This document shows, one piece after another, positions 18,761 through 27,040 of a stretch of 64,000 nucleotides of DNA. The DNA comes from Blastocatellia bacterium (GTDB lineage: Bacteria > Acidobacteriota > Blastocatellia > RBC074). The position numbers and the translations under genes were made by a program. The notes beneath the pieces are model-generated. The model had not been told where the DNA came from. It ran no database searches and worked only from the letters and a program-made list of their open reading frames with translations. Each line of letters opens with the position of its first letter. The first letter of the stretch is position 1. The stretch spans positions 1,583 to 65,582 of the forward strand of contig DATEFT010000635.1 in assembly GCA_035280505.1 (NCBI GenBank), given 5' to 3'.

Positions 18761-18824
18761 GACCGCGAAATCCGCGAAACACGCTGAATCAGCATTTTTT
18801 CGCGGATTTCGCGGGTTTCGCGGC
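18761..18824. repeat. Family-A palindromic element, terminator candidate after receptor copy 4
   Basis: GACCGCGAAATCCGCGAAACACG ... TTTCGCGGATTTCGCGGGTTTCGCGGC. TTTCGCGGATTTCGCGG (18798..18814) is the exact complement of 18763..18779. Shares CGCGAAACACGCTGAATC with the 37624 copy. Confidence 0.8.
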
Positions 18825-18954
18825 TTGAATCCAACCCGCCCCCCGCGCCGGTCCCCGGTTCCGGAAGTGGCCGTCAGCCCTAGCATGATGTGGAAGCTTT
18901 ATGATATGTTTCGGAACTTCGTGATCATCAGAGATTTTTAGAAGGAGTTTTTCA

Positions 18955-19191
18955 ATGGCTAAGAGATGTCAGGTCACGGGCAAGAAGCCCATGTCCGGTA
19001 ACAATGTTTCACACGCGAACAACAAAACGAAACGCCGTTTTGAACCGAATCTGCAACATCACCGTTTCTGGGTGCCGAGCGAAGGCCGCTGGGTGCGGCT
19101 GCGGGTGACCGCTCGTGGAATCAAGACCATCGACAAGCTCGGAATCGAAAAAGTGCTGGCCGAGATCCGCGCGCGCGGCGAAAAGGTCTAG
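18955..19191 (+). CDS. rpmB: 50S ribosomal protein L28
   Basis: 78 aa. [39 protein letters not shown]...[11 protein letters not shown] is colinear with the L28 family. GAAGGAG RBS. Confidence 0.95.
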   Translation: MAKRCQVTGKKPMSGNNVSHANNKTKRRFEPNLQHHRFWVPSEGRWVRLRVTARGIKTIDKLGIEKVLAEIRARGEKV

Positions 19192-19238
19192 TCCGTCGAC
19201 TCGAAAAGTAACTGCGCGGCCTGCACATTTCTTAAACT

Positions 19239-19276
19239 GCGAATACGCGAAGAGTCGATCCAATTCGCGTATTTCG
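19239..19276 (+). terminator. Hairpin after rpmB (family-A-like unit)
   Basis: GCGAATACGCGAA (19239..19251) pairs with TTCGCGTATTTCG (19264..19276): ~12-bp stem with one bulge and no strong T-run. Confidence 0.45.
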
Positions 19277-19539
19277 TAGTTTAGAAGTGACCAACCCGAG
19301 TACCTGGTTTTTAACTCCGACCTTCCAAGAATAACCTTCGAAGTACCTCGAGTTTACAATTGGTACCCGCCAAGTTAGCGAATATTCAGCCAATACCTAC
19401 TCGCCTGGTAAGGAAAATACCTACAAATTCCGTACCAATACAACATTTTTGATGCCGATATTATAGGGATAAGCCATCATCGATCAATCACTTATCGATA
19501 AAAAGCCGGATCGCCGCAGGGGCTGGTAGCAGTAATCCA

Positions 19540-19567
19540 TTGACATCTCCCTGCGAAATGTATAGCT
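19540..19567 (+). promoter_or_regulatory. Promoter candidate for receptor copy 5 (conserved block)
   Basis: TTGACA (19540..19545), 15-nt spacer, TATAGC (19561..19566). AGCAGTAATCCATTGACATC-N11-TGTATAGCTTA closely parallels GGAAGTAACCCCATTGACTTC-N12-TGTATAGTTA at 10054. Confidence 0.5.
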
Positions 19568-20022
19568 TATCGGCGCTCCTCATCAAAATGTGAACTGGTC
19601 AAGACGTGTACTAACGATTATTCATATTTATTTTATATCATCTTAAGAGGTGCTGTTCCCTCTTTCACTTTGCCTCTTAAGATTCGGAACAGATAGGCAC
19701 AGCCAATCACGACTCGCTTCAAAACTATGACCCCCGTGCAGGAGCCCCGTTAGTTAGTCCTAAGCGAGATGTAGCAGCGCAAATCAGAGAATTACACCGT
19801 TTCGCCCGATGTGAACCTTATCATCACAACCGGGTGGGGCCTCATATCGCAAAGCGCAGTCACGCTCTACGCTCGCCCATATCATACTTTTTTCAAGGCA
19901 ATTATGGATTCTTAAATGCCGCTCCGCGCGCATCTTCCCCCAAGGCGATGCAAGCGGAATAGATACGACTAACTTGCAGCGCGGCAGTCCTTGCCGCTCG
20001 GTCGAGCTAAGAAGGAGGTCCA

Positions 20023-23000
20023 ATGCTGAAGCCAATGATAAGGATATTATCTTTGTGTGCCCTGCTTGTTGTAAGCACCATTTCGGCTTTTGCCCAAGCC
20101 CAAGGTTCATCAGCCGATTTAACCGGCGTCGTCTTTGATTCTTCGAGATCGGTGGTCAGCGGAGCGACGATTACGGCCGTCAATCTGCAGACGCAGTTGA
20201 CGCGCACCACCACCAGCGACTCGAATGGTAACTATCGTATCTCCCTGCTGCCGCCGGGCGAGTATGAGATTAAGGTCAAGGCATCGGGTTTCAATCTTCA
20301 GGTTAAACGGGGTATCGTCCTGACCGTCGGACAGACCGCAGTGATCAATTTCGATCTGCTGATCGGGGTCAAGATGGAGACGGAAGTGATCGAGACCGCC
20401 ATGCCCCTGATCGAGCCCGAACGGACCCACCAGGCTTCGACGATCACCCAGAAACAGATCAGTAATCTGCCGATCAACGGGCGCAATTTTATGGAGTTTA
20501 CGAGGTTGGCGCCCGGCGTGGTCGAGGAGAGTCCGACCGTTACGAACACCCAGGCTCCGCAGTTGCCGACCTCGGGCCTCTCGTTTGCCGGTCAGAGCGG
20601 CCGCGCCAACAGCACTCAGATCGACGGCGTCAGCAACAACGACATCGCCAGTAACGGTGTCCGCCCGACTCTGAGCCAGGAAGCGATTCGGGAGTTTCAG
20701 ATCAATCGCCACGGCTACAGCGCCGAGTTCGGCCGCGCCAGCGGAGGCGTGATCAACATCGTCTCGAAGAGCGGGTCCAACGAATTTCACGGCAACTTCT
20801 ACAACTATTTCCGGAACGAACGGCTCGACGCGCGCAACACTTTCGCCTCGTCATTCCAGCAGGATCCTCCTTTCAAAAGGAATCAACCCGGCTTCACCTT
20901 CGGCGGACCGTTGAGAAGGGACCGCACCTTCTTCTTCCTCGCTTCCGAGGGCCTGCTCCGGCGCGAGTCGGCGATCACGACGGTCCTCAACGATCCTTCG
21001 ATCCTGAACCCGACCTCGGCCCAGCAGGACCTGATCAACACCCTGATCAATTCCGGCAATGCGGCCGCGGCGCTGCAGGGGCAACAGCTCCAGGCCCTGT
21101 TGACGACGGGACCGAACAGCCCGCCGCCGACGATGGGTCCGCTGCAACCGGGACAACCGTTCCAGCAGAATCTCTCGACTTTTAATTTCCTGACCTCCGC
21201 ACAGGGCATCTTCCCGGTGCAGGAGTCGTCGAGCACCACCAGTCTCCGGATCGATGAGGCTTTGAGAGAGCAGGACTATCTCTTCCTCCGGGCCAACTAT
21301 ACCAACGACACGCTGCACAACACCGGCGTGGGCGGCCTCTCGGGTCCGTCGGCGGGTTTCGACAACCGCATTATTGATCGCGCGATTGTTGTCGGTGAGA
21401 ACCATATCTTCAGAAACGGCGCCTCGAACGAGTTCCGCTTCGAGTTTTCGCGCAACGTCTTCAACGCTCACACGGTAGATCCGTTCGGCCCCCAGTATCT
21501 GGTGCCCAGCGTCGGCACCTTCGGCCGGGATTTCAATGCGCCGTCGGATCGCACCCAATATCGGTACCAGTTCCTCGATAATTACAGTTTCAAACGCGGC
21601 CGAAACAACGTCAAATTCGGCGGCGATTTCAGTCACTACCGGTTCAACGTCTCGACCCCGCTCTTCGGCGGCGGCGTCCTGGATTTCTCGCCGGTCGTCC
21701 CGCTCGGGACCTACCTGGCAGGCGTCTACGGTCCGGCCGCGCTCGCGCAATTGACCAACAACCTGCAGACGCCGGTCTCCGCCGGCGGCTTCGGCCGCCC
21801 GGATCTGGTCCAGGCGCTCTCGACGCCGTTGACCTCCGTGCAACATTTGAACCTGGGCCTGCCCCGGGTGATCAATCAGGGCTTCGGCGACCCGACGGCC
21901 AGAATCAGCGGCAATATCCTGGGGCTCTACGCCCAGGACGGTCTGCAATTGAAACCCAATCTCTACCTGAACCTGGGTCTGCGCTACGATTACGACCTGC
22001 AGCCGACGGGGACTCCGCGGGACCCCAACAATTTCGGCCCGCGCGTCGGATTCACGTATAGCCCGAGCCGGAACGGCAAGACCGTGATCCGAGGCGGCGG
22101 CGGTCTCTACTACCAGTCGCTGTACAGCGCGACCTCGTTCATCTCCAGGGTGCTGGGTCAGGGACAGATCACCAATATCCTGGTCTCGATCGATCCGACG
22201 ATGACGCCGGCGGCCCCCAACTCGGTCTGCGCGATGGCGCCGTCTCCGTCGGCCTGCTTCTACCAGACGCTGGTCTCGACCGGAGTCGTGGGTTTCAACT
22301 CGATCGGCAGCATCCCGCAGTCGGCCTACGCGAACCTGCTGGGGTTGACGACCGCGACGAGCAACAATCGGGTGGTGATCAGGCTGCATAACGGGGCGGT
22401 CAACCCCTACAGCCTGCAAGGGAGCCTCGGGGTCGACCGCGAGTTCGGACGAGACCTGTTCGTCTCGGTCAGCTACCTGGTCAATCACGGGGTCAAATTG
22501 GGCCGCACCCGGCAGTCCAACACCTTCGCCGATCCGACCCGGCTCGATGCCTTTGGACGGCCGTCGTTGACCGGACGCCTCGATCCCACCAGATTGGTCG
22601 ATTTCGTCTATGAGACGGCGGGCAATTCGATCTATCACGGGCTGGCCGTGTCGATGAACAAACGATTCAATCGCAACTTCCAATTGATCGCGGCTTACAC
22701 GGTGAGCAAGGCGATCGACGATGCCACCGATCTCAATCTGGACCAGGGACCGCAAGACCCGACCAATGCCCGGCTCGATCGCGGGCTGTCGTCGTTCAAC
22801 GTCGCCCATCGGCTCTCGCTCTCCTCGCTGATCGACAGCCCGTTCCGCAGCGGCGCGGGCCAACCGTTCTATCAGCGGGCGCTGTCCAATTTCTACATCT
22901 CGCCGATCGTGACGGCGCGGTCGGGATTCCCCTTCAACATCCAGACCGGTGTTGACATCAACGGGGACAACAACAACAACGATCGTCCGTTTGCGATCGG

Positions 23001-23301
23001 AAGAAATACCGGGATGGGACCGGCATTCTTCTCGACCGATCTGCGCGTCGGCCGCAAGTTCGCGCTCGGCGCCGACAACGCCCGGTCCATCGAGGCGATT
23101 CTCGACACGTTCAATATCTTCAACCGGGTCAATTATCGTGACGTCAACAACAACACGGGCGGGGTGCTCTACCTCGATCAATTGGGATATTCGGATAGCC
23201 GGATCTCGGGTTGTTCGGATAAATCGACGACTTCACTTTGCGGATTTACTTCCACCTATGACCCGCGAGTCCTTCAACTCGCGCTGAAGCTCAATTTCTA
23301 A
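20023..23301 (+). CDS. TonB-dependent outer-membrane receptor, copy 5
   Basis: 1092 aa. RBS AAGGAGGTCCA-ATG. Signal peptide ...ISAFAQAQGSSADLTG, plug motifs PINGRNFMEF and FKRNQPGFTFGGP, terminal LKLNF. Confidence 0.92.
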   Translation: MLKPMIRILSLCALLVVSTISAFAQAQGSSADLTGVVFDSSRSVVSGATITAVNLQTQLTRTTTSDSNGNYRISLLPPGEYEIKVKASGFNLQVKRGIVLTVGQTAVINFDLLIGVKMETEVIETAMPLIEPERTHQASTITQKQISNLPINGRNFMEFTRLAPGVVEESPTVTNTQAPQLPTSGLSFAGQSGRANSTQIDGVSNNDIASNGVRPTLSQEAIREFQINRHGYSAEFGRASGGVINIVSKSGSNEFHGNFYNYFRNERLDARNTFASSFQQDPPFKRNQPGFTFGGPLRRDRTFFFLASEGLLRRESAITTVLNDPSILNPTSAQQDLINTLINSGNAAAALQGQQLQALLTTGPNSPPPTMGPLQPGQPFQQNLSTFNFLTSAQGIFPVQESSSTTSLRIDEALREQDYLFLRANYTNDTLHNTGVGGLSGPSAGFDNRIIDRAIVVGENHIFRNGASNEFRFEFSRNVFNAHTVDPFGPQYLVPSVGTFGRDFNAPSDRTQYRYQFLDNYSFKRGRNNVKFGGDFSHYRFNVSTPLFGGGVLDFSPVVPLGTYLAGVYGPAALAQLTNNLQTPVSAGGFGRPDLVQALSTPLTSVQHLNLGLPRVINQGFGDPTARISGNILGLYAQDGLQLKPNLYLNLGLRYDYDLQPTGTPRDPNNFGPRVGFTYSPSRNGKTVIRGGGGLYYQSLYSATSFISRVLGQGQITNILVSIDPTMTPAAPNSVCAMAPSPSACFYQTLVSTGVVGFNSIGSIPQSAYANLLGLTTATSNNRVVIRLHNGAVNPYSLQGSLGVDREFGRDLFVSVSYLVNHGVKLGRTRQSNTFADPTRLDAFGRPSLTGRLDPTRLVDFVYETAGNSIYHGLAVSMNKRFNRNFQLIAAYTVSKAIDDATDLNLDQGPQDPTNARLDRGLSSFNVAHRLSLSSLIDSPFRSGAGQPFYQRALSNFYISPIVTARSGFPFNIQTGVDINGDNNNNDRPFAIGRNTGMGPAFFSTDLRVGRKFALGADNARSIEAILDTFNIFNRVNYRDVNNNTGGVLYLDQLGYSDSRISGCSDKSTTSLCGFTSTYDPRVLQLALKLNF

Positions 23302-23345
23302 CCGGACCTTCTTTGAGCGGTCAGGTGAGAGTAGAGGACAGGGAG

Positions 23346-23367
23346 CGCCAGTGATCTGGCACTGGCG
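23346..23367 (+). promoter_or_regulatory. Stem-loop in the receptor-partner gap
   Basis: CGCCAGTG (23346..23353) pairs with CACTGGCG (23360..23367): perfect 8-bp stem, 6-nt loop. Confidence 0.55.
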
Positions 23368-23453
23368 AAGCGGCTGATGACCGAGGTCCAGGTGGCTGGC
23401 GTTCCCCGCACTCAAATGAATGGAAGTCCGGAGGTAGCTGAAGGAGAAGGGAT

Positions 23454-24464
23454 ATGAAAGTCTCTGCGATTGCGATTGCGATTGCGGTGTGTTTAGCGGT
23501 AAACACCAGGTCGCAAACAGCGTCGTTCGAGAATCAGGCTCTGGCCTTAGTGCAACGCACCCTGGCCTCTGACCTGGACGCGGAATTGCCCAAACTTCCG
23601 TTCCCGACCTGGTTCAGTCAACTGCTGGGCCCACAGGCGGGGGTGATTTGGCAATTGACCGAGTGCGGCGAACCGATCAAGGCCTCCACCGAGGAGGGGC
23701 CGGATCTGTGTGCCTGTGCCGAGGTCAACGCCAGCCTGCCGGACGGCCGCAAAGTGATCGTCGCGATCACCATCGGAACCTTCAAAAAGGGGATCACCGG
23801 CACCCCGGCCTTCTTTCATGCCGTCATCGAACGCAACGAACAGCTCTATGATGCCCCCCGGTTGCGCGATCTCCCGGGAATGCTCTCCATGCCGAAACCC
23901 GCCGCGATTCCGGCCGCCAACCGAGCAAGCAAACGAGCCGTCAAGCTGCCCATCATCCGAGCGGAACGAACCAAACTTCAGTTCCTGGTTCAGGCCGATC
24001 CGCTGCGTCTGGCGCTGCTGGCCGCCCCAAACTCCAACCTGCGGCCCGATGTGTCCGACCTGGAACAGACCCCTCCGATTCCGTTAAAGACCGCGCCGAC
24101 GCCCGCCAACGCGCCTCAACCGGTTCCGGCATCCGGCGACACCTCTCAAACGACGGCCAGCCTGACACCGGACACGCCATCGGACGAGCAACTGTTGGAC
24201 GGCAAAGCCATCACCAGAGTCAAACCGGTCTATCCGCCCAACGCCAAATTGATGAACGCGCTCGGAGAGGTCAGGGTGCGAATTACCATCTCGGAACAAG
24301 GAAAGGTCATCGAGGCCAAGGCGATCACCGGGCACATGGCCCTGCGCGGGGCGGCGGTTGAAGCGGCCTTCAGGTGGGTCTTCAAACCGACAACCCTCAA
24401 CGGCGCTCCGGTCAAGGTGCGGGGCATCTTGACCTTCGACTTCACTCACAACTCCCAATACTGA
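23454..24464 (+). CDS. Secreted TonB C-terminal-domain protein, partner of receptor copy 5
   Basis: GGAG RBS. MKVSAIAIAIAVCLAVNTRSQ signal-like segment. WQLTECGEP...DLCACAEVNASLPDGRKVIV...GTFKKG domain. TonB_C end (VKPVYPPNAKLMNALGEVRVRITISEQGKV...WVFKPTTLNGAPVKVRGILTFDF). Confidence 0.8.
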   Translation: MKVSAIAIAIAVCLAVNTRSQTASFENQALALVQRTLASDLDAELPKLPFPTWFSQLLGPQAGVIWQLTECGEPIKASTEEGPDLCACAEVNASLPDGRKVIVAITIGTFKKGITGTPAFFHAVIERNEQLYDAPRLRDLPGMLSMPKPAAIPAANRASKRAVKLPIIRAERTKLQFLVQADPLRLALLAAPNSNLRPDVSDLEQTPPIPLKTAPTPANAPQPVPASGDTSQTTASLTPDTPSDEQLLDGKAITRVKPVYPPNAKLMNALGEVRVRITISEQGKVIEAKAITGHMALRGAAVEAAFRWVFKPTTLNGAPVKVRGILTFDFTHNSQY

Positions 24465-24473
24465 CCGCCGAAA

Positions 24474-25877
24474 CTACTTGCCCAGTTGCGCCAGGATCCG
24501 GCGCATCCGGGCGACGATCTTGATCAGGTGCGGGTCGTCGATCGGTTCCCCGTTCAGCACCAGTTCGCCCGCGCTCAGAGCCTGCCGAACCTCCATCTCT
24601 GAAACCGGCACTTGACGACGTCGTAGGCTGGAGACGATCTCCTCCACCGTGGCGCGAGATGAGAGCCCCAGCCGGCGGCAGAGCTGCGTCTTGAATCGGG
24701 AATAGATATTTTCGATCGCCAGATCCCGCGCCCTCGCCACCCGCTGCAAATTGGCCATGGAGCTGACGAACTCGAGCGGTGAGTGACGATCCGGCCGGGC
24801 CAGGGGTAAGGGTCGCACAAATCGCCGCGCCGAGCTGTAGAGAATCAAGAGACCCAGCAGCAGCCCCTGGACCAACAGCCAGAGCATCGGCGTGCCGCGA
24901 AAATAGCTGATCAGCGGGTTGCCCCCGCTCTGATACCCGTGATGAAACTCGTCGAAGAGAATCCGGCGCGGCGTCTCATCCTCGCCGACGCTGAGCGAAT
25001 CTATCAAGTTGAGCGCCAACTCCAGGTTCGCGCCGCGGGCGACGCCGTTATTGGCAATCACAAACGGATCCGAGAGGAAGACGACTCGCCCCTCACCGAA
25101 GGCAAAATCGGCCAGAACGGCGCCGTCTTTATCGCCCAGATGAATCACGGGCGCCGCGAGCGCCAAAAGCTCTTTCTCCTCTTCGGCGACGGGTTCGGAG
25201 GGAGGGGGCGGAGGTGAAGGTGAAGGCGAAGGTGAAGGCGAAGCCTCGGGAGCGGGCGCCACCTCCTTCTCCGTTTCGTCATTTTGATCGGGCGCTTCCT
25301 CAGAGGCCTCGCTCTCCTGAGAGTCGGGAGGGTCGAACTTCATCCTGGCCGCGAGCGTGGAGAGCGCCAGCCCCTTCAGACCTCTCGTCAAATCGGTCGG
25401 CTGCACGATCAACAAGTCGCTGCGGTCGTCGACCAACGACTCGGGCGGCGCCTGCCAGAGCGGAGGTTTGGCCGTGATCTCCGAATGGATCACCGAATCA
25501 CCGAGTTGGACGACCGGGGTGCGGCTGATGATCAGGGCATTGCCGCCCGCGGCAATCCACGCCTGCAACGCCAGGGTCTCTTCGGGCGGCAGCTCTCGAC
25601 CGAACTGAAACGGCCCGACCACTACGAGCAACGCCTTATCGGCTTTTTCACCGAGCGATTGATACGATTCGCGCCATCGAGCGATCGGCCGGTTCGTCTC
25701 TTCGAGCAGTTGATAGAAAGCCCGCGTTCCGGTCGGCCCGCTGCTGTAACTCGAACGAATCGGCCGCTGCTCGCTCTCTTCCGGCCGATCAAATTCGACA
25801 CTGCCCGCCGCGCTCAAAGCCAGAAGCACGGCCAGCACCAACAGCCCGGTAATGATCAATCCCAAGTAACGACGCAT
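24474..25877 (-). CDS. DUF4350-like membrane-anchored protein
   Basis: 467 aa. N-terminal TM helix (YLGLIITGLLVLAVLLAL). SSYSSGPTGTRAFYQLLEE and ALLVVVGP blocks, low-complexity SPSPSPSPSPPPPP insert, FDEFHHGY and a second TM helix. Family assignment is from memory of this architecture. Confidence 0.6.
   Translation of the reverse strand: MRRYLGLIITGLLVLAVLLALSAAGSVEFDRPEESEQRPIRSSYSSGPTGTRAFYQLLEETNRPIARWRESYQSLGEKADKALLVVVGPFQFGRELPPEETLALQAWIAAGGNALIISRTPVVQLGDSVIHSEITAKPPLWQAPPESLVDDRSDLLIVQPTDLTRGLKGLALSTLAARMKFDPPDSQESEASEEAPDQNDETEKEVAPAPEASPSPSPSPSPPPPPSEPVAEEEKELLALAAPVIHLGDKDGAVLADFAFGEGRVVFLSDPFVIANNGVARGANLELALNLIDSLSVGEDETPRRILFDEFHHGYQSGGNPLISYFRGTPMLWLLVQGLLLGLLILYSSARRFVRPLPLARPDRHSPLEFVSSMANLQRVARARDLAIENIYSRFKTQLCRRLGLSSRATVEEIVSSLRRRQVPVSEMEVRQALSAGELVLNGEPIDDPHLIKIVARMRRILAQLGK
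25213..25242. repeat. Hexamer tandem repeat (GGTGAA/GGCGAA x5)
   Basis: Encodes the SPSPSPSPSP tract of the minus-strand gene. Confidence 0.85.
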
Positions 25878-25884
25878 AATCTCT

Positions 25885-25981
25885 AAGTCTAGGGAAGTCT
25901 AGAAAAGTCTAGAAAAGTCAAAACCGGTCCCGATTCAGACTTCTCCAGATTTCTCCCGACCTTTCTAGACTTTTCTAGACT
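25885..25981. repeat. Family-B palindromic element (GAAGTCTAGA-type decamer arms), intercistronic
   Basis: Left arm AAGTCTAGGGAAGTCTAGAAAAGTCTAGAAAAGTC (25885..25919). Right arm GACTTCTCCAGATTTCTCCCGACCTTTCTAGACTTTTCTAGACT (25938..25981). Fills almost the whole gap between the 25982 stop and the 25877 start. Confidence 0.85.
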
Positions 25982-27037
25982 CTATTTTAGAGAGTCCTGG
26001 TATTGCGAAAGAACTCCGTTGAACTCCTCTTCGGTTGCCCGAGTCTGTCCATACCAGGCCTTCTCGAAGACCCAGGTCATGGCCGAGAAGGGCGGAAAGA
26101 TCTCGGGCATCGACCGCAAATCATCGAGATAGTCGCGATTGGTCTTCGAGCGATGCAGTTGCAATCGGCCGCGGTGCTCCATCTCGATCAGCACCGCCAG
26201 ATAGACCCGGCGAATGGCCGCTCGATAATCTCCCTGCCTGGCGAGTTCGGTGGCGTGCATGAGCAGATCCTGGGCGGTCACCTCCCTGCCGATCGTTTCA
26301 CCCAGGACCTCGCGCGGGCCGGACGGCTGGACGGACTTACGTTGTTTCCACAGACGTTTGCCCAGATAGATGGAGCCGAAGATCAATGCGGCCAGAACCA
26401 CCGCCAGGACCAGGATCCGAATCCCTTCCACGGCGCCTCCGATAGCCACCCCGCCGACCGGAGCCGAAGCCGGCCGGAGTTTGCTCAACAGGCGCCGCAG
26501 AGCCTCGGCCAGTTGTTTGAGCCATTTTTTTATGATCGACTCCTGCTCTACTTCGGCACCGTATTCCGGGCGGGCGAGAATTCGGTCGAGTTGCGCCCGC
26601 CGATCATCGGCCCCGGATGACGATTGAGACCCGGCGGCCTCGACTCTCTCCTCCAGGCTGAGCAGCCGCTCGCTAATTTCGCCCAGCAGCGCCCGCCGCA
26701 GTTCGAGATCGGCGGCGGCATTCTGGAAGACGTCGTCGACCGCTTCCGACAACCAGGCATTATCGACCCGCACCTCCTGACCCTCAAACTCGACGACCTC
26801 CCGCTGAGGGAGCAGGTCTTTGACCGCCGTCAGGGACGAGAGCCACCGGCCGTCGGTAGCTTCGCTCTCGATCAATTGATCGATGATCTTCCGGGCTCGC
26901 GACAACCGCTCCGCGTAGTCTGTCAGCGGGACCGCGGCGGCAACCGGCAAGACCATCAACAGCGTGAAGAGCCATCCGCCGATCAACCCCGGACGCAGAG
27001 CCCCTCCCCCATTTCTGAGCTGAAGATTCATGGCCAT
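25982..27037 (-). CDS. DUF4129-like membrane protein
   Basis: 351 aa. N-terminal and central TM helices. C-terminal block typical of DUF4129 (TAQDLLMHATELARQGDYRAAIRRVYLAVLIEMEHRG...RSKTNRDYL...FEKAWYGQ). Confidence 0.6.
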   Translation of the reverse strand: MAMNLQLRNGGGALRPGLIGGWLFTLLMVLPVAAAVPLTDYAERLSRARKIIDQLIESEATDGRWLSSLTAVKDLLPQREVVEFEGQEVRVDNAWLSEAVDDVFQNAAADLELRRALLGEISERLLSLEERVEAAGSQSSSGADDRRAQLDRILARPEYGAEVEQESIIKKWLKQLAEALRRLLSKLRPASAPVGGVAIGGAVEGIRILVLAVVLAALIFGSIYLGKRLWKQRKSVQPSGPREVLGETIGREVTAQDLLMHATELARQGDYRAAIRRVYLAVLIEMEHRGRLQLHRSKTNRDYLDDLRSMPEIFPPFSAMTWVFEKAWYGQTRATEEEFNGVLSQYQDSLK

Positions 27038-27040
27038 CGA

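Noticed and set aside
18955-19191. rpmB inside a metal-uptake-like array as a possible Zur-regulated zinc-independent ribosomal protein paralog.
   Set aside because: The sequence is colinear with ordinary L28, including the single N-terminal Cys as in E. coli. There is no sign that it is a second copy and no recognisable Zur box.
19784-20110. A 108-aa minus-strand ORF in the copy-5 leader.
   Set aside because: It overlaps the receptor RBS and start and lies in AT-rich leader DNA. Its codon pattern is unlike the neighbouring genes and it has no recognisable motif.
1-24464. The receptor array as a mobile genomic island.
   Set aside because: No integrase, transposase, tRNA attachment site or flanking direct repeats are visible within the window. 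The left border lies outside the window, so this cannot be fully excluded.
25885-25981. Decamer and octamer repeat arrays (families A and B) as CRISPR arrays.
   Set aside because: The units are only 8-10 bp, directly abutting with no spacers, and arranged as inverted arms. No cas genes are present.
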